Below, in pieces: positions 1 to 11,862 of a stretch of 64,000 nucleotides of DNA. This stretch comes from Camelus dromedarius (lineage: Eukaryota). The position numbers were made by a program, and so were the translations under genes. The notes beneath the pieces were generated by a model that was not told where the DNA came from, ran no database searches, and saw nothing but the letters and a program-made list of their open reading frames with translations. How positions within the stretch are numbered: position 1 is the stretch's first letter; every line of letters begins with the position of its first letter. The stretch covers positions 106,208,001 through 106,272,000 of the forward strand of contig NC_087436.1 of NCBI RefSeq assembly GCF_036321535.1, read 5' to 3'.

Positions 1-534
1 AATAAAAAAAAACTCAGATTTTGGGCCTCCCCAAAAAATGGAAAGATGTATAAATTCTGGGTCCACATTTCCTCCATGGCAGTATTTGCCTAGATCTATG
101 AAGTTGCAACTGCTTTAAACAGGGCAGGCCCTCTTCCTTCCGCCACAGTCCCTCCCCTTCTCCTTTGCCTTACGCTAGTTCTGCTGGATTTGCTTGTAGC
201 CCCTGGTGGACAGTGAACACTTTGGAATTGGGTCTCCCTTAGTCAGAGATTTTAGTTCAACTTAGGCCACACAGAGCAGATATACTCTGCCCATGAAGAA
301 ATTACTGACTTTTCTGAACTTTCAAAGTCCTCAGAGAAAGCTCACCATTATCTTTAAAGGTTTTTATTGTTTTGTTTGTTTATTTTGTCTAAAGTAATGA
401 ATAACTTCATATTTGAATTGCTAATAGTCTTCCTTATAATGAGTTGACATTTCAGGTCGTTTTAGAAACAGAGGAAAACTATTTGGGCAGAGTTAATCTA
501 GCTAAGTGTAAATTAATACACTTTTTCAGAGCTA

Positions 535-716
535 TGATATTTGTGATACATATGTATTACATATGTATATATAATATTCATACATATGTATATAATATCG
601 ATAGATGTATATTTAATGTCAATACATAACATATACTATATATGTATATGTAATATATATTCATATATACTTTTCATATATATGTATATATAGTATTCAT
701 ATATGTATACATATGA
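535..716. repeat. AT-rich (TA/TATG) low-complexity tract
   Basis: Degenerate atatatgtatat repeats. Confidence 0.85.
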
Positions 717-1584
717 ATGAACTCTCTCCACTGGGAGGCATTTTGGAAAGCAGTTAACTTTTCCAAAAGCTGTCATTAAACGATCTCAAGTGGCTTGAAA
801 AAGTTAACCCACTTTCCAAGTACGCAATTAACTTCTTTGGGGCATTGCAAATCATAATCTTGGAAAATTTGGTTGAGTTATTGTGGTTGTTACTATTACT
901 GTTAAATAGTAGGAGTGATGGAATTATGTAGTACCTTGGCACCACAGAGCTAAAAATTACATTTAAATATCAGTTTAATTTAACGTGAAACCATGTTTTG
1001 TCTAATCATCGCAGCTAATTGCCATCCTTTGGAAGCAGTTTCCACAACATTTTTATTAATCGTCTAGTAGCAAGTTAGGTGTTTGGATGTTTCTTTCATG
1101 AAGTATCATGCAGTGTGAATTTATGTGTGTCAAAAATATTTTTTAAATGTATTTACTAGCTGCTGTGTGTATAATGTATGAGCTACTGAAGATTAGAAAC
1201 ATCAGTGCAGTGAACATGTCTTTGAATCAAGTATGTCTAGAGAATGTTCATGAGGATAAGACGAAGGCTTCAGTAACACAGTCAATATACAAAACAATGA
1301 AAAAAGAGGGCTGGCTTGCCCGTTCTTTCTGTCAATTAGGAATCTCTATTCACAATCAATAAGTGTTCGATAAATAACCAGAGATCAAACAGTTTTGTAA
1401 CAAACAATGTTTGCAGTAATCTCCCTCGGGCAATGCAAGAGGTGTGATGTCAGGGTAACACCAAAGAAAGATTAAATGCCTTAAATGTTCTCTTCCTTAA
1501 GCTCCTAAAACAAGAAATGATCAAAAAGTCAAAGTCAATGGAAAATAAAGCAATATTGAAATTGTTTATGTATAATGGCTAGAC

Positions 1585-1840
1585 CAAGTGATGGGCTTGA
1601 AAATTAGGCCTGGTTTTCAGACTTGACTCTTCCACTTTTTAACGGTGGCACCTTAAGCGAGTTATTAGACATTTAGGATTCATTTGAAATTTCCCCTTTT
1701 CAAATGAAGACATATCTTCATGAGATGTTTAGCATATAGCATAGGGTTCTTGAGAAGTTGAAGTAAGGTGGTTTCTGTGTCGAGCTGGCATAGTGCTGGA
1801 CACATTGGATATACTCAGTGTGCTGGTCAAGTGTTAATTC
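1585..1840 (+). mobile_element. MIR SINE (degenerate)
   Basis: ccttaagcgagttattagac... and tail gcatagtgctggacacattggatatactcagt. Confidence 0.6.
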
Positions 1841-3019
1841 CCTCTCCTTTTATGTGAAGGAAAGTTTTATACACCTTGCATGTTAGACATTTTACAGAAA
1901 TGGCCAATGTTATTGTACCAAGCTTATGAGAATGATCTGGCTGTTCTGTTCCTGCCTGGGTTTCTTGCCTCATCAGAAAATACCTATCTGACTACAAACA
2001 CCTGGTCCTTCTTAACTATTGAGTATTTTACTGATGAGTTGGTGACGCTTGTTGCTGAGCTGGGGAAGGGTTTGGTAGGTTAGGAGCTGAGGCTTTAAGT
2101 TAAATGATTTAGACAGGAGTTTGTTTAGTGTGTGCATTTCAGGAAATATAACAGCATCCATCTGATTCCATATTCAAATCAACCTCTTCTGGAAAGCCAA
2201 GCAATTGAGATACTGGGAAATGAAGCAGGGCTTATTGAGCTGAGCTCTTAGGTTAAAACTGGTGCTTTGTTTACCACTTGGGTCATCTCCACACACAAAG
2301 TGGCCCATCAAGCTTCCCACCTAAGGCTAAGTCATGTGGTTGAGATAGGTAAGGTAGACCAGACGGCTGGGTGAGGGCATTGGCATTCAGACCCAGGAGA
2401 TAGCAGAGCACCAGGCAAGGAAAGAAGTGATGTGGAAAGACATGCAGTCTGACTGCCACCTGTGGAAAGGATGGAGCGTTTAGAGGGCAGAGTCGGAGAT
2501 CCCTGCGGGGAGAAGGTTGCTGGGAGGCCCTCCTCCCCTCACGCCTCACCTCCTCTCTAGGCACCTGGAGCCTCTTCCTTCTCCTCCTCCTCTGTGGGGA
2601 TGCTGAACTCACCTGCAGCAGCTGGAGGGGAGGATCTCTGGCTCTGTGCCAACACTTCTAAGGAGGCAAAAGGAGACCAGGGAATGGAGTTTCAGCAACG
2701 GGCTCCACGCGCCTCACATCCCTGCCCCTCCCCTCCTCCCCCATATCCTTGAACTTGCTCCTCCTTCCCACCCCACTGCTTGCACCTGTTGTGCAGGCCT
2801 AGGAAAGAAAAGAGGTGTGGGCTACACCACTTCTTAGTGTCTATTTTCAAGGTCGATTGTAGGGATCAATAATTGAACAGTGAGTTTTAAATATGAAGTG
2901 TCATATAAATGCTAAATAGACTTGTAATTGATGGGGACTCTAACGTTTCAGATACCATAAGGTGGGTTGGGAATGAATAGATAGAAAGGCTTATTCCATA
3001 AATATCATGACAAAGTAAC

Positions 3020-3310
3020 ACATTCATTTGTTCGACAAATATTTATCAAGTGCCTGACTGCCTCCTAGGAGCCAGACTTTATGGTAGGTGCCAGAGATAC
3101 AGAGTGAACAACCACAGAAACAACAATAAACCTCCTCTCCACTCCTGCCCAAGGAACCCATATCCTGATGTAGAGAGATAGGTGATAAGCAAAGGAATAA
3201 GATGTATAGTATTACAAAATGCTGTTAGATGCTATGGAGAAAAAATAAAGCAGAGAGGGGCATAAGGAGTGGGGAGGGGTGCGGTTTTAAGTGGGGTGGC
3301 CAAGGCCTCA
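3020..3310 (-). mobile_element. L2 LINE 3' end
   Basis: cattcatttgttcgacaaatatttatcaagtgcc is the reverse complement of the L2 tail. Confidence 0.8.
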
Positions 3311-3453
3311 TTTGGGGATATAGTATTTTAACAATTAATTATTACCAAGGGGTTTAGATTTTCCAAATTAGTATTTATCTCAACCTAGAGTAAAGAATGA
3401 CTTTTCTGATATGTAAATATCCTTTCTAGAAATGGCATTATGGTTGCAGATAG

Positions 3454-3455
<2 letters not shown>

Positions 3456-3509
<54 letters not shown>

Positions 3510-3518
3510 TATGTGTGT
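3456..3518. repeat. (GT)n microsatellite
   Basis: Direct inspection. Confidence 0.98.
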
Positions 3519-3784
3519 CATTTTTTGTAGCCCCAGAGTCAAGATTCCTGTTTTCACCAATACTTCCAGCTCTACTAAGCTCTAATCTATTTTTTTAAGT
3601 CTTTCCAGTCCTTTCAATCTTCCGCTTCCTATCTCTTTCTCTCAATATATCCCTTCTGTTCCCTAAGTTTAGTAGCATCTTCTGCCCAAAGTCACCCTGT
3701 ATGTGTTCCTGGAAATTCAAATCTGAGGGCTCTTGAGAATTCAAGGATGAGGCCCAGGAGCTTCTGGGTGCGCATGGAAATGTG

Positions 3785-3980
3785 TAAAGCTGTGGTCAAG
3801 AGCCCAGGCCCTGTAGTTAGCACTGAGATCTTGGGCAAGCTATTGGATCTTTCTGGGCTTCAGTTCATCTTCTGCAGAGCAAAACTAATGATTCCTCATT
3901 CAGAGATCTGTGGCGTGAATTAAATCAGAGGACCTAAGGAACGTGTACGGCCTGTTGCCTGACCTACAGGTGTTAGGTGC
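3785..3980 (+). mobile_element. MIR SINE
   Basis: gtggtcaagagcccaggc...gatcttgggcaagc...cttcagttcatcttctgc. Confidence 0.75.
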
Positions 3981-4429
3981 TAACCTCCTGATTTTTCCTT
4001 ATTCTAAGTTTTGGAAGGTAATTAGTATAGATTTTTACCTTAGAGCTAGAATGGATCATGGAAATCATCTGGTTTAATGGTTTCCAAATTATTATTATTT
4101 TAAAATCAATAGTAGGGACCCTTTTTTATTTTTCCCAAATGAAATCTGGTACAGAACCTCAGTACATAAGGAAGATAAATGGGATTAAGCCTGTTGAAAT
4201 GAGAACAAGAAATTTGAATCCTGCTGGCTCAGTGTGTTCCCCTGGACCTCACCCTTCCCCTCTCTCCCCACAACAGCCTATAAGGCACTTCTGAGAGACT
4301 AGGGTTTCTTAGGTCTTTTAGACCAGCCAAAGCAATTTATCAGAGGGAGGCTGACTGTAATCTTCCCCCAAATGCCCTGCATCCTTAAATTCTCTCAATC
4401 AGTCAACCTTGCCTCTTCTCGAGAATAAT

Positions 4430-4800
4430 CTGGGATGGGACCTGGCACTTTGGATTTCTCACCTACCTACTCCATCCTGTCCCCTTTTTGTATGCTATTG
4501 AATTTTTCCTTTCCGAGGTCACCAGGCTATCTCCTTGGCACACCCCATGGGTTTCTCATCCTGTTTACCTCTACATAGGATCTGCAACTGACCATCTCAT
4601 CTTTTCTGAAACTTCATTACCCTGGGACTTCCATGATCCTTCAGTAAGGGCCTGAGACATCTCAACACTGCTTGCTGAATGACAGCTTTTCTTTATGTCA
4701 CTGCCTTTCTCAGAAGCTCTCCATGGCTCCCTATTGCCTGTAGAATCAGTTACACACTCTGCAACCAATATTTAAGGCTTTTCATGATCAATCTGATATA
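4430..4800 (+). mobile_element. L2 internal fragment(s)
   Basis: Pyrimidine-rich L2-like motifs (gaccatctcatcttttctgaaac; ctccatggctccctattgcctgtagaat). Confidence 0.55.
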
Positions 4801-5519
4801 AAGCTTCCCTTTTAACCTTAAATTTTAATGGCTTCCTTGAATTATTGCCTGAACCTGCTCTAGACCTCCCAGAATGTGTTTTGAAAGTTGAGAAAGTTAC
4901 TTATAGTTGGGGAAGGAAAAAAAATAAGGGTGGGATTAGGGAAGATAAAAAAGAGAAAGGGCCCCCTCGTCTAGACGTGGTAAGATGGGTAAGATTTAAA
5001 GCAGTAGAAATGGCATCAAGAGCGTAACATGTTCCCTGCAGCGTGTTAAGGGTGAGTATGTGGTTTTGTCACCCCGACTAGGTAGGAGTGATTTGATCAG
5101 GGACTAATGTGTTATTCATCTTCAAAGCCCCTACAGTACCCAACTCGCAACTCTGCTCACCATAATCCTTCACAGACAAATGCACACAAAAAAGGAATGA
5201 CCAACTGGATTAGAAGTCTAGTGAACTAAAAAAATTTGCACAAGTTAATATAGTCTGTTAATGAATAGATTAAACCCTTTGAAAAATGAAAACTAATATG
5301 GAAATGTGTTTTTATTATCTAATTCCCTAGTATGCTTTTTGTTTTATAAATGATGCAATTATGTTATTACAATGTATTTACGTTCATGAATAATTTTTGT
5401 CAGAGGAAAGCCAGTGTCCTGTTGGAACTGTTTGTATACCTAGACTTTTTATCATGGCTTTTCCAAAGGGAGCTCCATCAGGGTTGGTTTTTGTTTTTGT
5501 TTTTTTTTTGTTTTTTTTT

Positions 5520-6010
5520 GCCAACTAATGCTGCATCACAAAGCATGCCAAAATTTGGTGGCTTGAGACAACCACTATTTATTACTTCTCTTAAGTCTTT
5601 GGATTATCTCTGTAGTTCTGCTGGTCTAAGGCAGGCTCAGATGTTCTCAGCTGGGCTCACTCTTATGGTTGGGACAGCTGGTGGGTCAGCTGGGGGCTGG
5701 CAAGTCGGAGGATCACCTTGACTCTGCTCTAAGTGGTCGCAGGCTAGCCCAAGCTTGTTCTCTTGTTGAAGGCAGATGAAAAAGAGAGTGAGTAGAAGTG
5801 TGCAAGGGCCACTAGGCTCAGATCACACACCCACACTGTTATTTCCATTAAATCGTGCCTAGAGCAAGAGACAAGGCAGCCTAGCCTCATAAAATAGGGA
5901 GGCAGACTCCTCTTCTCAGTGGGAGAAGCTGCAGAGTCATATGGTAAAGGGTGTGGATCCAGGGAGCGGGGAGGACTGGGGACATCCGTCTTTGCAATCA
6001 GTCTGCCACA
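5520..6010 (-). mobile_element. MLT1-family (MaLR) solo LTR
   Basis: gctgcatcacaaagcatgccaaaatttggtggcttgagacaacc... ending tttgcaatcagtctgccaca (TG...CA terminus on minus). Confidence 0.8.
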
Positions 6011-6934
6011 GAAGATCTACATGCTTCGTCAGTTTTTCTTGAGATTAAGGAGACAAGGGAAGTTGCACATTACTCTTAACTTGAGAGACCACGAGCTTCT
6101 TTTTGCCTTCTTGATACTCAAGCTGCTACTGGAAGGTATTCAGAGTATTACTACTCAATCTGCCCCTGAAGCTGATTTAATTCTTTAAAGGCTAATTCTA
6201 TATTCTGTCCTTTTCATGCCCTCTTCGTTTCTTATCTTCTAACACGGGAAGTGATGGGTCAGTTGATTTGTTGCCTTTGTGTCTATAATGAGTAGAGAAA
6301 ATAAAAGATGTTGGGAAGTTCCTAGGAGGCAGGTAGGTGGAGAAATGCAAAGAGCTCTCTTTGGTTTGCCTCTTTCTTGGCTTGTTTTTTCAAAGGCAAA
6401 AATCTAGAAGAAAGTAGAGTGAGGTCTCGGGGGACAGTTTTGGGTTTGGGAAGGATCTAACTAGGTGTGTGGAGGCATCTGTGGGGCGGGGAGTGAGTAG
6501 AAGTGCTGATCTGGAGTATTGGAAGGCATGAGAGAGAAGGCGCAGATCAATAGCTGTTTCTCAAGTGCGGAGCATCATTTGTGTCAGGCTGCTGAAATGA
6601 GTTAGTGCTTCGTAGTTAATGGCTGTGAGCACATTCCTTTATCGCGGCGCTCTCCAAAACGTTTGCCATCAACAATTCTAAAAGGCTGTGAGTGACTCAC
6701 AGCCAATGTGAGTAATGCACTAGAGCTTCACGAGCTGGGGCCTCTTCTCTTCTGAAAATCTTCCCCTTGGACATCACATCTCGGTATTTACATCTCTGGC
6801 TTGGCTGCCTCTCAGATCATCTGGTCCTCTTGCCATCTTGTTTGGACATTACTCTTTTCCAAGTTGCCCTTCTTTCACTGGGGCTCTCCTGGTTCCCCTA
6901 CTCAGTCCTTTCTTAAGCCCAGAGGAAACATCAT

Positions 6935-7078
6935 ACCCTTGGCATTCAAAGTGTGGTCCACGGACCCAGAGCATAGATAGCCCCAGGAAGCTATGATTCA
7001 GCCCAGCTGAATCAGAGTCTTCACCTGAACAGAGCCCCAGGGGATCTGTGGGCACAGCAGAGTTTGAGAAACACTGCA
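6935..7078. mobile_element. MER5-type hAT-Charlie MITE
   Basis: caaagtgtggtccacggacc...ctgaatcagagtct...agtttgagaaacactg. Confidence 0.8.
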
Positions 7079-7529
7079 CTATTCCACAGACATTGATTTT
7101 TCACCCCTGCTTTGTCTGTTTCCTCACTGCTAACCTCTCCAAGGCTCTTTTCTCCTTTACCTTGGCTCAGAGAATGCCCATCAACTTTTTACTAAACTCT
7201 CTATGAATGATTCCAAAGTGTGATGAGTGTCACTGCCATGGATTGACATAAACGTCCATTGAAAGATTTTTTTCCCCCCAAGGTTGCTTATTTGTTTTGA
7301 TCATTGGAAACTGGTGGTGGCTGTAGGGTCTCTTCCCTTTGTAAAGTGGTATGAGCCACAGAGTCATCTGAAAACTAGACATTTACAAAATCAACGGACA
7401 CACTATCGTACTCTTCCCGTAATCTAATGTTAATCAAGGCTTCCTGCTGAGAGAGTGGGCACTGCATGTGATCAGAGGCCTATTAGAGTATGACCCAATT
7501 TAAATAGCTGCTACTTGAGTGAACTGCAT

Positions 7530-7720
7530 CCATTCATTGAGTCTTTTCCATGAACCACGTGTCAAACCCTGAGCCAAGCGTTACATATTCATGTTATGAT
7601 TTCGTCAGCCCAGTGGTGTATGAGCCCCATTTTACAGATAGGAAAGTGAGTCTCAGGGAAGGGAAGGAATTGCCCAAAGTTACACAGCTGGTGAACTGCA
7701 AGATTTGAAAGAGGCTGCAT
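7530..7720 (-). mobile_element. MIR SINE
   Basis: ccccattttacagataggaaagtgagtctcag...tgcccaaagttacacagctgg. Confidence 0.85.
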
Positions 7721-9294
7721 TCTTCAGTTCTGTATGATTTCTCCGGCTGGAAATTCCTTCGGTTCTAAAAAGCTTTTTTTCCTTGGAGTTTACTCGGCAT
7801 ATATTTTTGAGAAGAGGCGTTACACTAAGCTAATTCTTGATCTTCTTCCAAACTTGGGCTCATGTCTTTTGAGTACCACATCCCTACTCTGTCCTCGTTG
7901 TCTGTTTTGAATGCTGCCTCCAGCATGACATCCATTCCGATACCTTCCGACTAGAATGCAACCCTCTCTTCTTTGAAGGGTGTGGCCTGTGGTCCTCTGG
8001 AAGCTCTCCTTACTCGTAGAATTACCTGGCACTTTCTCTAACAAGGACGTTCCATCCTCCGCTCCCCTCTGTCCACTTTGCCCTGCCTGGCACATCACAA
8101 ATGACACATATTTGTTCAGTGAATTGGACCTGAGCTGATTTCTCTCTGACAGGGACCTTGGGAGTGTCAGGACTCCGGGCAGAGGAAAGGTTGTTAACAG
8201 AGGAAAATTTCTCTACACAGACTATTTCACACTTTTTGCCAAGGGCCAGCCTAGACTTCTCTTAAAATCCAGTCCACAAAGAACCGAAGCTGAGGGGATG
8301 ATGAACTTGGCCTCCTAGGAAGAGGGGGGCCCACACCACTGCTTTTGGTCCTTAAAAATGTCAACGAGAAGGAAAGCAGAAAACATTTAAAACTTCCTCT
8401 TGGAAAGCTATTCTGCCTTTGATTTTTCAGAATGTCTTCAAGTGATCTGGGTCTATTTTTAATACCCGTGAGACATGATGTTGTAAGGAGAGCTAAATAT
8501 AGGGGCCACGTCCCCCTTTCTTTTATTCATTGGCCTTAATCTTCCTAGGAGGAGAAGGAAATGCACATGAGATTTCACCACAGAGTTGTGACGTTTGCCC
8601 TGATGGGCCTCGCTGAAAGGAAATTCATAAATACTGTGTCGGAAATAAAGATAATGAATGGATTCTTTTTGGAGAAAATGTTAAGTGGGAGTTTATTTAT
8701 GTTCAGCCTCCCCTGTTGGCTGAAGACGGCGAGAGAGTCCCTCTTGTTTTCCTCAGGGTCCTTTGGGGACAGCAGTCAGCCGGTGTTACTGGAGCAGACT
8801 TCAGCATCCTACCATCAGGATCCAGAAATCCGAAAGAGCAGGACCCTCAGCCCAAAATAACACATGGCATCAGCACAGCGGCTATAATTCCGGTTTATTA
8901 TTTGCTTACGAGCCTTCTTCTCCTTTTTTTTTTTTTTTTTTTTTTAAGAAGGCATTAAGTGCATGTTAAAAGCAAACAACTTTGTGTGCATCCATTGGAC
9001 CAGAAGGAGAGGCTAGGGCGTCCTGCTGCAGCCGTAAGCCCGAGGGTCTGTGCTCTCTGTCTTCTGTATTCTTTCGTGCCTGTGTGTTTCCCACACACCT
9101 TCAGGATCCCTCATTTCCATCTGTTTTGGGTGGATCCCTGTATTTTCAGCATCTGGGGATGTGGCTTGGAAAAGTCCCTGGGGTGAGTCTTCAGTCCAGT
9201 GCAGCGCATCACTGCTGATAGTGGTTGAGGAGGGAGGTGGACAAAGAAGGGAAGGCCGTTGGGAGGGTGGCTCACAGGATGGGCTCTGGAATCA

Positions 9295-9480
9295 CCCGCT
9301 CAGTCCTGGCTCCCCTCTGGTAAAGCCATGAGAACTTTAGAAAATTATTCAACTTTTTCATGCTTCTGTTTCCTCATCCATAAAAGAGAGATAACGATGG
9401 TATCTTAACAGAATTGTTTTAAAGATGGATGCGCCTGGCATGTGGTGAACACTCGACATCCTTTAGCTTCTAAGTCTGCT
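9295..9480 (+). mobile_element. MIR SINE
   Basis: cttctgtttcctcatccataaaagagagataac...gcctggcatgtggtgaacactc. Confidence 0.75.
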
Positions 9481-10544
9481 GTTGTCACAGAGGGTGGGAC
9501 CAGTGAACTTCTAGAGCAGTGACATGATCCAAACCCCTGGTTTGATATGTTTACCATCTACAGGATGGTCTTGGCTTAATTTGGTTTCTAAATCTGTTCA
9601 TGGTCCCCATTCCAAGTGTTGTTTTAGGTAGAGTGGCAGCCTTAATTTCAGATGGCAAGTTGTGTATACAATAAGCGTTGTATCTGCACTTCATGTGGGC
9701 TGCTTCTTGAGGTCTTCCACTTTCTGCCTCTTCTCTGTTCCTCAGTAAGTAAGAGCAGCCCATGCCTCTGCCTGAGAGATGGAGCTACAGCTGGAAACAC
9801 TGGATGATTTCTTCCAGTAAGGTAGGAATCAAAAGGTGTTGAATAGCCCTCTTTCTGCCCAAGCCCAAGAAATACAGTCCCCATTTACTCCTTAAATCTT
9901 CCAGAGGAAGCTGCATTTTTAAATCTCTTTTCTTGGGTGTGCTCCTGTCCTTCGGTCTTTAAGAAAGGCAGCTCTCCAAAGGAGCACCTTTTGTTAAATG
10001 CCGTTCGAAAAACTTAACGTCTCTGCCGATCTCTGGTTGGTCAGCCTTGGGACCTTTGGGGGAACCCCTCAGGGCTATTAGGTCAGAAGAACCCTTGCCC
10101 CCAGATTTCTCTGTTTATACAAATCGTTGACTGGAATCTAGCTGAGGAGAGTTTGTGTGGGCATTAGTGTCTTGTAGGCATCCATGGATATTTGGATTTG
10201 AAAATAAATCTAAAAAGAAAAAAGAATTCATAGGTCAGAGTGCCGTGAAGTCTCGTTGGTGCTGTGGTCTTTATTCCCGTAGAAACATTTCAGAAACTAT
10301 TTTATTTAAAAGCACTACCACCAAAACCCTGCAGCCTAGATTATATACTGAGGTTTGGGGCAGAGTCTCCATGTTGTCCTTCTTCAAGGACACTGCAACA
10401 GGAGTGGAACTCCTGGCGTTGAGCTATGTCGGCGCGGGGGGTTGGGATGGATGGGTCCCTGGGGTTGCGCCACCATCCTCCCTCCCCCATACCGCAGATA
10501 CTACTGCGGCTGAGATGATCTGCTTACCTGGCTGCTTCCCTCAC

Positions 10545-10650
10545 AGGATGAGGAGGGCATGGATGTGTGTTCTTCACCTCTCATCACTGGTACCCAGCAC
10601 CATTCCTAGCACATATTAGGCATTTAGTTCATGCTTTTTGAATCCACGAG
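10545..10650 (+). mobile_element. L2 3' end fragment
   Basis: tcactggtacccagcaccattcctagcacatattaggcatttag. Confidence 0.75.
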
Positions 10651-11638
10651 CTCTAAAATGATTAAAAAAAAAATGCGGCTTCACGTCTGTTTACTTACGA
10701 AGGAAGACACTTAACTTGATTTCTGTTACAGGACTGGATTTATCTCTGATGCCAGTTTAGGACTAAGAAAAACATTTGGATTTGAATTCTGACATTTGGT
10801 CTGCCTATACATGTTTGATTTATTTGATAGCTCTAATAGGCACATTTACACTCTAAAATGAATTAAATAAATTGTAGAATTTGTCTTCTTACCCCTACCC
10901 CATAAACCCTGAGAGTGTTCATCAAATGGGTGCTCAGTTTCATGGTTGCTAGGTTAATGCATGGTCTGCACCTGCAAATTGGAGTTTACTTGTTGTAGAA
11001 CCTTAAACAATTATGGCTGTTCAGACAGAAGCTAGAAAGTATGAATTTAGCCCTTATTTTGTAGCTCCTGTCATAACGCTTTTCTGAAAAAAAAAAAAAA
11101 AAAAAAAAAAAAGAACAGTGTGTTTGTCATGAGCAGGCCTCCCTCTAAATTATATTGTTTTTTGTGGTTTTAAGCCAGGTCCTTGATGTTACTTTAACTT
11201 GGTTTTCATGTTTTAATTTATTTTAGTTGGTAAAGATTATTCATCACTCATTTAATTCCAAGGTTATCTATTGATTCTCTTCTCCTCATTTGGTATTTTC
11301 TGACATTTTGTGGCACTCAATATTGATTTATACAAAATCAGTCATCTAAATGTTCAGAGAAGTCGTCATTCACTTGTCATCAGCTGTTTTTCTGAACTAG
11401 TAAGTGGACTAGTCATGTATGTTGAGGTTGCTGGGTGATTTAAGGGTGGGGGTCCTGCCTGTCATACCTGCTGGATCATGTTTAGAAAAATCCTTACATC
11501 ATGTTGGAAGTGTGATCACTGAGAAGATTCTCCAGAGGTAGCACCAAGCAGTTGCTTAGTGGGGGGCTCAATTCTTCCTCGTAACATTCATCAGTCATTC
11601 TGTTCCTAAGCCACTCTAAACCTACACTCTAAGCTAAG

Positions 11639-11687
11639 AAAAATAAAATAAAATAAAATAAAATAAAATAAAATAAAATAAAATAAA
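11639..11687. repeat. (AAAAT)n pentanucleotide repeat
   Basis: Direct inspection. Confidence 0.97.
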
Positions 11688-11724
11688 GCTTGCTATGCAA
11701 ATAGACCTTCAAGGTAAGTCTTTC

Positions 11725-11862
11725 TAGCCCATCGTTCCTCAAATTTAATGACAGCCTTGATAAGATGCAAATGGATTTTGTAGATCTGGAATGGGGCCTG
11801 AGATTCTGCATTTCTAACAAGCTTCTAGGTGATGCTGGTCAGTACACTTTGAGTAACAAGTA
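11725..11862. mobile_element. MER5A-type hAT MITE
   Basis: gatctggaatggggcctgagattctgcatttctaacaagcttctaggtgatgctg. Confidence 0.85.

Noticed and set aside
11087..11112. Long poly-A runs (also 28377-28395) as possible processed pseudogene tails
   Set aside because: No upstream mRNA-like ORF or clear target-site duplication seen.
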